DNA of 40,909 bases from an uncultured Gammaproteobacteria bacterium (GTDB lineage Bacteria; Patescibacteriota; Patescibacteriia; Magasanikbacterales; 2-02-FULL-50-9b), in contig CAZUSU010000036.1 in assembly GCA_964623315.1 (NCBI GenBank), positions 1-40,909 of the forward strand. The letters are read 5' to 3'. Below are positions 34,537 through 40,909 of the stretch, in pieces. The position numbers and the translations under genes are program-made. The notes under the pieces are model-generated. The model was not told where the DNA came from and ran no database searches. It worked only from the letters and a program-made list of their open reading frames with translations. Each line of letters opens with the position of its first letter. Position 1 is the first letter of the stretch.

Positions 34537-35639
34537 AGGTGTCATTGGCCGAAGTGGTTTTGGGAGAGAAAGAGCGCATCGCCATTCTTGCCGCATTTGA
34601 TGCGCGGCAAATTTCTTCTTATGGAGCGTATGTAGAAAAATTTGAAGAGCGGTGCAGAGCGGTAACGGCGCGCGCGCATGCAGTGAGTTGCACCAACGGC
34701 ACCGTGGCGCTGGAGTTGGCGTTGCGCGCCAGTGGCGTGGGGGTCGGTGATGAAGTGATTTGCCCCACCTTTACTTTTTCCGGTACGGCGGCCGCCATCA
34801 TTCACGTGGGCGCGGTGCCCGTACTCGTGGATGCAGATCCGGACACGTGGTGCCTGTCACCGGACGCAGTTAAACGCGCCGTCACGAGGCAAACGAAAGC
34901 GGTAATTTCCGTTGATGTGTTTGGTGTGCCGTGTGATTATCTCGTGCTGGAAAAATGGTGTCAGGATACAAATTTATTTTTGATTGAAGATGCGGCCGAA
35001 GCGGTGGGCGCAACGCAAGCCGGTCGTGTCTGTGGTTCGTTTGGTACCATTTCCACCCTTTCTTTTTACGAAAATAAAATTATTACCGCCGGAGAAGGAG
35101 GTGTCTGTGTGACCGATGATGCATCGTTAGCCGCGCGCATCACACAATTAAAAAATCACGGCGCGCGCGCCGGCGCGCATGGTGTGTTTGACATCGCTGG
35201 CTATAATTATCGCATGACCAATATACCCGCAGCCATTGCCTGCGCACAATTTGAACAGCATGCGGATTTTGCGGCGCGACGCGGCGCTACGGATGCCCAA
35301 TATCGCGCGGCACTCGGTGGTTGCGCCGGCGTTACGTTTCAAGCAATCCCTCCGAATTCGCAATCATCTCATTGGATGACCGGTATTTTATTTGAGGGTA
35401 ATGTTACGGCGCTTGTTGCGGCGTTAGCCGCTGACGATATAGAGACGCGTCGGTTTTTTCTTCCTATTCATGCCCAGCCCTACGCCGCGACGTGGCCATC
35501 GCGCAACGAGTTTCCTGTTGCAGAACGGCTTTATGCGCGCGGTCTTTGCTTGCCAAACGGTAACACCACTACGCCCGAGCAAGTGGCGTATGTCTGCGAG
35601 CGGTTGATGGCGCATATTGCCACGCTGGCCGTTTCGTGA
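34533..35639 (+). CDS. DegT/DnrJ/EryC1/StrS-family PLP-dependent sugar aminotransferase
   Basis: ATG at 34533 forms an ATGA overlap with the GT2 stop. GDEVICPTFTFSGTA, EDAAEAVGA, and LSFYENKIITAGEGG with the Lys. Confidence 0.88.
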   Translation: MKVSLAEVVLGEKERIAILAAFDARQISSYGAYVEKFEERCRAVTARAHAVSCTNGTVALELALRASGVGVGDEVICPTFTFSGTAAAIIHVGAVPVLVDADPDTWCLSPDAVKRAVTRQTKAVISVDVFGVPCDYLVLEKWCQDTNLFLIEDAAEAVGATQAGRVCGSFGTISTLSFYENKIITAGEGGVCVTDDASLAARITQLKNHGARAGAHGVFDIAGYNYRMTNIPAAIACAQFEQHADFAARRGATDAQYRAALGGCAGVTFQAIPPNSQSSHWMTGILFEGNVTALVAALAADDIETRRFFLPIHAQPYAATWPSRNEFPVAERLYARGLCLPNGNTTTPEQVAYVCERLMAHIATLAVS

Positions 35640-35653
35640 TAGGATTTCTTTAT

Positions 35654-36652
35654 ATGAAAACGGCATTAATTACCGGCATTACCGGCCAAGACGGCGCGTA
35701 TTTGGCAAAATTTTTATTGAGTAAGGGCTATAAAGTGTATGGGACGTATCGGCGCGCCAGCACGCGCAATTTTTGGCGCTTACATTATTTGGGCGTTAAG
35801 GGTCAGATAGAATTGCTCCCCATGGATTTGCTTGACCAGACGTCCATCATTATGGCGCTCAAAAAAGCAGAGCCGGACGAAGTATATAATTTGGCCGCGC
35901 AAAGTTTTGTGGGGGAATCATTTGATGAAGCCATTGCCACGGGAGAAATTTCCGGCCTCGGTGTCGTGCGCATGTTGGATTCCATTCGTATCGTTAATCC
36001 GCGCATTAAATTTTATCAGGCAAGCACAAGCGAAATGTTTGGCAATGTCCCGCCGCCTCAAAACGAAGAAACGGCAATGAAGCCGGATAGCCCCTATGCG
36101 GCTGCAAAATTGTACGGCCATTGGGTCACCAAAAATTATCGTGTCGGCTATAATTTATTTACGTGCACCGGCATCCTGTTTAATCATGAGTCACCCATCC
36201 GCGGCATTGATTTTGTCACCAAAAAAATTAGCGACGGCGTGGCGCGCGTTAAAATGGGGTATATCAACTCCATTCCGCTCGGAAATTTGGAGGCGCGGCG
36301 TGATTGGGGCTTTGCCGGCGATTATGTGGAAGCGATGTGGATGATGATGCAGAACGACGTTCCCGATGATTATGTGGTGGCCACAGGCGAAAGTCACTCG
36401 GTGCGTGATTTTTGTCGCGAGGCGTTTGCCTATGTCGGATTAAATTTTGAAGATCACATTACCGTGGATAAAAAGTTTATGCGTCCGCGTGATGTGATGC
36501 ATTTGGAAGGCGACGCTTCAAAAGCGCGGCGCGAATTAGGATGGCAACCGCGCACCACGTTTCGCGAGTTAGTGCATCTCATGGTGGATGCTGATATTGA
36601 AAAATATAAAAATCAAATGTCGTTCGCTGAGCACTTCATGAAGCATATCTAA
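35654..36652 (+). CDS. gmd: GDP-mannose 4,6-dehydratase
   Basis: MKTALITGITGQDGAYLAKFLLSKGYKVYG, STSEMFG, YAAAKLYGHW, ILFNHESP. Confidence 0.92.
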   Translation: MKTALITGITGQDGAYLAKFLLSKGYKVYGTYRRASTRNFWRLHYLGVKGQIELLPMDLLDQTSIIMALKKAEPDEVYNLAAQSFVGESFDEAIATGEISGLGVVRMLDSIRIVNPRIKFYQASTSEMFGNVPPPQNEETAMKPDSPYAAAKLYGHWVTKNYRVGYNLFTCTGILFNHESPIRGIDFVTKKISDGVARVKMGYINSIPLGNLEARRDWGFAGDYVEAMWMMMQNDVPDDYVVATGESHSVRDFCREAFAYVGLNFEDHITVDKKFMRPRDVMHLEGDASKARRELGWQPRTTFRELVHLMVDADIEKYKNQMSFAEHFMKHI

Positions 36653-37699
36653 ATGCGACTGCTCATCATTACACAAAAAATTGATCGCGATGATACGGTG
36701 CTGGGGTTTATGCATCGTTGGGTTGAAGATTTTGCCGGCGCGTTTAAGCGTGTCAGTGTGTTGTGTTTGCAGAGCGGTCGCGTGGAGTTACCGCCAGAGG
36801 TGCCGGTATATTCTTTAGGTAAAGAGCGACAGCAAAATCGCCTTCGGTATCTCATAAATTTTTATCGCGTGATTATAGGTCAGACAAACACGTACGATGA
36901 AGTGTTTGTGCACATGAATCCGGAATATGTTTTATGGGGTTGGGCGTGGTGGCGCATGACCGGCAAGAAAATTGTGTTGTGGTATAACCATCCGGTGGGG
37001 TCGCTGTCCGCGCGCGTCGCACGCTGTTTGGTGGATCGGGTGGTGTGCACCTCGCCGTTTGCGTACGCCATGCGCTGGCAGGGGACGGAGCGTATGCCCG
37101 TTGGCGTTGATACGAATCAGTTTTCACCGCGCGGGCCGTATAAACGCAATCGCGTGGTGTACGTGGGCCGCCTGTCGCCGGTAAAAAAAATTGAACTGCT
37201 CATTGATGCGGCAAAAATTTTGCAGGATCGGGGGTGTGACGTGGCGATTCAGGTGTATGGTAATCCAACGGACGCAGACACGGCGTATGCCCGCGCCATA
37301 CAAGAACGTGCCGCGCCGCAGGTCGCGGCCGGAATCATTTCGTTTCATGCGGGTGTTTTGCATGATGCGTTGCCGGAAATTTTTTCTGCCGCACACGTTG
37401 TGGTGAATATGACGCCGACCGGCTCCTTTGATAAGACGATAATTGAAGCGATGGCGTGTGAGCGGCTCGTACTGGTGTCAAACCGCGCGCTTGCCGGCGT
37501 CATACCACCGGAATGCCTTTTTGAACAGAATAGTGCGCGTGCATTAGCCGACCAATTACAAATAATCCTCGGCTGGTCTGCCGAGGATAGTGATTGTGCA
37601 GGAAAAAAAATGCGCGCGTACGCCGTGCAGGACGAAAGTCTCTCTGAGCTTACCAAAAAGTTACACGACCTTTTTAGCAAGCTTCGCGAGCGTCTTTGA
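36653..37699 (+). CDS. Glycosyltransferase family 4 (GT-B fold)
   Basis: Starts on the base after the gmd stop. C-terminal SFDKTIIEAMACERLVLVS is the E-x7-E-like region. Confidence 0.7.
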   Translation: MRLLIITQKIDRDDTVLGFMHRWVEDFAGAFKRVSVLCLQSGRVELPPEVPVYSLGKERQQNRLRYLINFYRVIIGQTNTYDEVFVHMNPEYVLWGWAWWRMTGKKIVLWYNHPVGSLSARVARCLVDRVVCTSPFAYAMRWQGTERMPVGVDTNQFSPRGPYKRNRVVYVGRLSPVKKIELLIDAAKILQDRGCDVAIQVYGNPTDADTAYARAIQERAAPQVAAGIISFHAGVLHDALPEIFSAAHVVVNMTPTGSFDKTIIEAMACERLVLVSNRALAGVIPPECLFEQNSARALADQLQIILGWSAEDSDCAGKKMRAYAVQDESLSELTKKLHDLFSKLRERL

Positions 37700-37897
37700 A
37701 CAGCGCGTGCAAACCATCATGCGCGTGCCGAGCAGGGTGCGCGGTTGCAAGTTAATGCCGATCCAGCGTTTTGTTTGGATATTTGAGTGACTGCGCGAAG
37801 CGCCGCGCGTGGGGCCGCGGGAACATAATTTACAGTTTTGTGCCATAGTGGTACGATGAGAATATCACGTGCCTATTAATTTGGCAAGTTTCCTTCT

Positions 37898-38497
37898 ATG
37901 CAGTTGGTGTTGGATATCATCGTCATAATTTTTTCTGCCATTTTGCACGAAGTTGCCCACGGATACGCCGCGTTGTGGCTGGGGGACAAGACGGCTCTTC
38001 ATGCGGGACGCCTCACGCTTGATCCGCGTAAACATTTGGATCCGGTTGGGTCCGTACTTGTGCCCGTTGTTTTATACATTGTGTCAGCCGGAACATTTTT
38101 CTTTGCGGCGGCAAAACCGGTGCCGTTTAATCCGTATAATTTGCGACTGGCCAAATGGGGACCGGCAATCGTTGGCGCGGCCGGACCACTCATGAACCTC
38201 CTGCTCGCGGGGTGCATCGCGGTGCTCGTACGTTTTATTTCATCGGACATGGGCGCGGCGCAATTTTTGGTACGCGTCATGGCAATCAACGTATCGCTCG
38301 CCGTGTTTAATTTAATCCCTATTCCGCCGCTGGATGGATCGCGCGTATTGTTTGCGCTCCTGCCATCGCGGTTTGAAAAATATCAGATCCTGCTGGAGCG
38401 CTGGGGTTTTTTTATTGTTTTAATTTTTGTTTTTTATTGGTCAAGTTTATTGACCGCGCCCATCCTGTGGATTATGAAGTGGTTATTGCCGTATTGA
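37898..38497 (+). CDS. Site-2 protease family (peptidase M50) membrane metalloprotease
   Basis: HEVAHG (HExxH) in the first TM helix, and NLIPIPPLDGSR as the second metal-ligand motif. Confidence 0.8.
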   Translation: MQLVLDIIVIIFSAILHEVAHGYAALWLGDKTALHAGRLTLDPRKHLDPVGSVLVPVVLYIVSAGTFFFAAAKPVPFNPYNLRLAKWGPAIVGAAGPLMNLLLAGCIAVLVRFISSDMGAAQFLVRVMAINVSLAVFNLIPIPPLDGSRVLFALLPSRFEKYQILLERWGFFIVLIFVFYWSSLLTAPILWIMKWLLPY

Positions 38498-38729
38498 GCA
38501 TTTTATTTTTTTTCGCACGCGTCAACTGTTTAATTCGGTGCTCTGTTTTGAGCGCAGCAGATGCGGTTTTAAATTTTTTTGTGTACACCAATTCAACCGG
38601 TCGGCGCGTGCGCGTATATTTTGCGCCACGCTTTGACGAATTATGTTCAGCGAGGCGGCGTGCGATATTGGTGGTAATGCCGGTGTAAAGCGTGCCGTCG
38701 GCGCAGAGGAGAATATATAGATGGTACAT
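38472..38729 (-). CDS. GIY-YIG nuclease superfamily protein (UPF0213-like)
   Basis: ATG at 38729 gives MYHLYILLCADGTLYTGITTNIARRLAEHN. The 3' end overlaps the M50 gene by 26 nt. Confidence 0.8.
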   Translation of the reverse strand: MYHLYILLCADGTLYTGITTNIARRLAEHNSSKRGAKYTRTRRPVELVYTKKFKTASAALKTEHRIKQLTRAKKNKMLNTAITTS

Positions 38730-38839
38730 GGTGTTATTATACTCTCCCACACAGGTTTAAGAGTGACTGCACGGAGGAACGTAATGACCTGCGTCCGTGG
38801 TGCAGGGAACGGTCTCTCTGAAATGTTTGGGAGAGCATC

Positions 38840-38868
38840 TTGACACTATTCGTACAATCCTATAAACT
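38840..38868 (+). promoter_or_regulatory. Promoter of the rpsL-rpsG-fusA operon (TTGACA-N17-TAAACT)
   Basis: TTGACA at 38840-38845, 17-nt spacer, TAAACT at 38863-38868. A leader hairpin CACGGC...GCCGTG lies upstream of rpsL. Confidence 0.6.
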
Positions 38869-38939
38869 TCCTCCATCATTCAAATTAACTCTCATCTGGC
38901 CACGGCTTCATTAATCGCCGTGTCAGAGTAATCAGACGT

Positions 38940-39383
38940 ATGCCAACCATGAACCAGCTCCTGCGAAAGGGGCGCACGTCGGTGAAGAAGAAGAGCAAGT
39001 CCCCTGCCATGCAGTGGACATTTGACTCGCTTCATCGCCGTCGTCACGAAATCAAAAACGGTGCGCCATTTAAACGCGGCGTGTGCACCAAGGTTTCCAC
39101 CATGACGCCAAAAAAACCAAACTCCGCTATCCGTAAGGTGGCGCGCGTGCGACTTTCTAACGGCATGGAAGTAACCGCCTATATTCCCGGTGTCGGACAC
39201 AATTTGCAGGAACACTCCATCGTGATGCTTCGCGGCGGCCGTGTAAAGGATTTGCCGGGCGTTCGCTATCACATTGTGCGCGGCGTTTTTGATGCGCAAG
39301 GCGTGGTGGGTCGCCGTCGCTCGCGTTCGCTGTATGGGATGAAGCGGCCAAAGGCAGGCGCGGCCGCACCAACCAAGAAATAA
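38940..39383 (+). CDS. rpsL: 30S ribosomal protein S12
   Basis: [59 protein letters not shown]. Confidence 0.95.
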   Translation: MPTMNQLLRKGRTSVKKKSKSPAMQWTFDSLHRRRHEIKNGAPFKRGVCTKVSTMTPKKPNSAIRKVARVRLSNGMEVTAYIPGVGHNLQEHSIVMLRGGRVKDLPGVRYHIVRGVFDAQGVVGRRRSRSLYGMKRPKAGAAAPTKK

Positions 39384-39384
39384 T

Positions 39385-39852
39385 ATGCGTGGAAAAAATA
39401 CCAAAAAGCGCGACGCACAGCCGGACATGAAATATCGTAATCCGGTGCTCGGAAAGTTTATTAACTGTCTCATGTGGAACGGCAAAAAAACCGTTGCGCA
39501 GGGGATTGTATATGGCGCGTTTGAAATTATCAAAGCAAAAGAAAATAAAGATCCGTTGGAAGTGTTTGAATTGGCGATGAACAACGTCGGTCCCAGTGTG
39601 GAAGTTAAAACCAAGCGCGTGGGCGGTTCCAACTATCAGGTGCCCATTCCGGTGCGTCCGGAGCGCAAAAACGCGCTGGCGATCCGGTGGATTGTGGGTG
39701 CCGCACGTTCCAAAAAAGGACGCTCCATGACAGAAAAATTAGCGGAAGAATTTATTTTGGCGGCTAAGGGCGAAGGGGACGCGATGAAAAAGCGCGGTGA
39801 CGTCCACAAAATGGCAGAATCAAATCGTGCGTTTGCGCATTTTGCTTACTAA
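39385..39852 (+). CDS. rpsG: 30S ribosomal protein S7
   Basis: 155 aa with DMKYRNPVLGKFINCLMWNGKKTVAQ and VEVKTKRVGGSNYQVP. Confidence 0.95.
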   Translation: MRGKNTKKRDAQPDMKYRNPVLGKFINCLMWNGKKTVAQGIVYGAFEIIKAKENKDPLEVFELAMNNVGPSVEVKTKRVGGSNYQVPIPVRPERKNALAIRWIVGAARSKKGRSMTEKLAEEFILAAKGEGDAMKKRGDVHKMAESNRAFAHFAY

Positions 39853-39858
39853 AAATCT

Positions 39859-40909
39859 ATGCCCCGAGATTATTCTCTGTTACATACCCGCAACTTTGGT
39901 ATTATCGCGCACATAGATGCCGGCAAGACCACGGTGTCCGAACGTATTCTGTTTTATACCGGCAAGAAACATAAAATTGGCGAAGTGCACGAAGGTGAAG
40001 CGACCATGGATTGGATGGAACAGGAGCGCGAACGCGGTATTACCATTACGGCGGCCGCCACGACCTGTTTTTGGAAAGACACACGCATGAATCTGATTGA
40101 CACACCGGGTCACATTGATTTTACCGTGGAAGTAAAACGCAGTTTGCGCGTGTTGGACGGCGCCGCCGTTATTTTTGACGGCGTTGCCGGTGTGGAACCG
40201 CAATCAGAAACCAACTGGCGTTATGCAGACGAACTCAACGTGCCGCGTTTGTGTTTCATTAACAAATTGGATCGGACCGGCGCCGACTTTTTTAAGGACG
40301 TGCAATCCATCCATGATCGTCTTACCAAAAACGCCACTCCCGTGCAGTTACCGATCGGTCAAGAAAGCGGTTTCCGCGGCATCATTGATCTGCTCAACAT
40401 GAAAGCAGAAGTATATTACGACGAAATGGGGCAAGATTTTCGTCACGAAGAAATTCCGGCAGAGATGTTGGACAAAGCAAAAGAATATCGCGCCGCGTTG
40501 GTAGAAAAAATCGTTGAAAATGATGAGTCCGCCATGAATCGCTATTTGGCCGGAGAAGAAGTGCCGGTTGTTGAACTCAAAAAAATAATTCGTCGGGCAA
40601 CAATTGCCGGTGTGTTTATTCCGATTTTGTGCGGCAGTGCGTTAAAAAATAAAGGCGTGCAGTTTTTGCTTGACGCCATTGTTGATTATCTCCCGTCGCC
40701 ACTGGACATTCCGCCGGTGCGTTGTACGGATCCGGATGATGATACAAAAGTAATTTTTCGCCACGCCGATGATTCAGAACCGTTTACGGCTTTAGCATTT
40801 AAAGTTGCCACCGATCCGTTTGTCGGAAAATTAACTTTTTTTCGTGTCTATTCCGGAACATTGAAAGCCGGTTCGTATGCGTTGAATTCTTCCACCGCCG
40901 AAAAAGAAC
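39859..40909 (+). CDS. fusA: Elongation factor G, 3' end cut by window edge
   Basis: My translation from ATG 39859 gives [25 protein letters not shown] (G1), then DTPGHIDF (G3) and NKLDR (G4). The frame stays open to the end of the window. It is absent from the ORF track because it has no stop. Confidence 0.92.
   Translation, partial: MPRDYSLLHTRNFGIIAHIDAGKTTVSERILFYTGKKHKIGEVHEGEATMDWMEQERERGITITAAATTCFWKDTRMNLIDTPGHIDFTVEVKRSLRVLDGAAVIFDGVAGVEPQSETNWRYADELNVPRLCFINKLDRTGADFFKDVQSIHDRLTKNATPVQLPIGQESGFRGIIDLLNMKAEVYYDEMGQDFRHEEIPAEMLDKAKEYRAALVEKIVENDESAMNRYLAGEEVPVVELKKIIRRATIAGVFIPILCGSALKNKGVQFLLDAIVDYLPSPLDIPPVRCTDPDDDTKVIFRHADDSEPFTALAFKVATDPFVGKLTFFRVYSGTLKAGSYALNSSTAEKE

Noticed and set aside
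38940-39383. About 15-aa insertion in S12 ([20 protein letters not shown]) relative to E. coli S12
   Set aside because: An insertion of the same length and position is normal in Bacillus-type S12 proteins, so it is not unusual.
38892-39632. 246-aa ORF antisense to rpsL/rpsG. Similar long antisense ORFs at 20908-21963, 16130-16762, 12617-13198, 10867-11436 and 18551-19354
   Set aside because: These are shadow ORFs opposite confidently identified genes in GC-moderate sequence. They have no motifs and low-complexity composition.
1-40909. CRISPR arrays, rRNA genes, transposases/integrases, alternative genetic code
   Set aside because: No spaced direct-repeat array and no rRNA signature blocks were seen, and no ORF has recombinase or transposase motifs. 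TGA clearly terminates conserved genes (prfA, eno), so code 11 fits. Only RF1 is visible here, which says nothing about RF2.

Overview
The window looks like chromosome from a small-genome, moderate-GC bacterium, possibly CPR/Patescibacteria-like (inference from gene content and SD-poor starts). It uses the standard code, with TGA as a stop. No rRNA, CRISPR array, transposase or integrase was seen. Content falls into three parts. (1) 1-22.3 kb is housekeeping: prfA (5' cut), rpsB, tsf, a dispersed lower-glycolysis set (gap, pgk, eno, gpmI, no tpiA), a DEAD-box helicase, PAP2 phosphatase, sugar-1-P nucleotidyltransferase, mltG, queA/tgt, UvrD/PcrA helicase and ndk. (2) 22.7-37.7 kb is a 15-gene glycan cluster with three DegT-family enzymes, a C-methyltransferase, a cupin isomerase, gmd, an RmlD-like reductase, GT4 and GT2 transferases and a flippase. 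(3) 37.9-40.9 kb holds an M50 protease, a GIY-YIG protein and the rpsL-rpsG-fusA operon (fusA 3' cut). The strongest candidate for something undescribed is a ~1.1 kb ORF-free unit at 6696-7791, between pgk and a SIMPL-family gene. It runs from a near-consensus promoter to a T10 tract, is dense in GNRA/UUCG-capped hairpins, and shows no signature of the known large RNAs I could check by eye. Other oddities are listed below. An intact tRNA-Pro(GGG) is nested between the two halves of a second tRNA-Pro-like gene whose flanks form a perfect 21-bp helix. Two GC-rich orphan genes carry strong SD sites, and one has a RelA/SpoT-like motif order. An identical 13-mer containing a perfect DnaA-box sequence sits at two promoters. 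A 133-nt element has perfect 22-bp terminal inverted repeats. One DegT homolog has a Lys-to-His change, as in ColD-type dehydratases. All calls come from reading the sequence and the ORF track. No database search was run.
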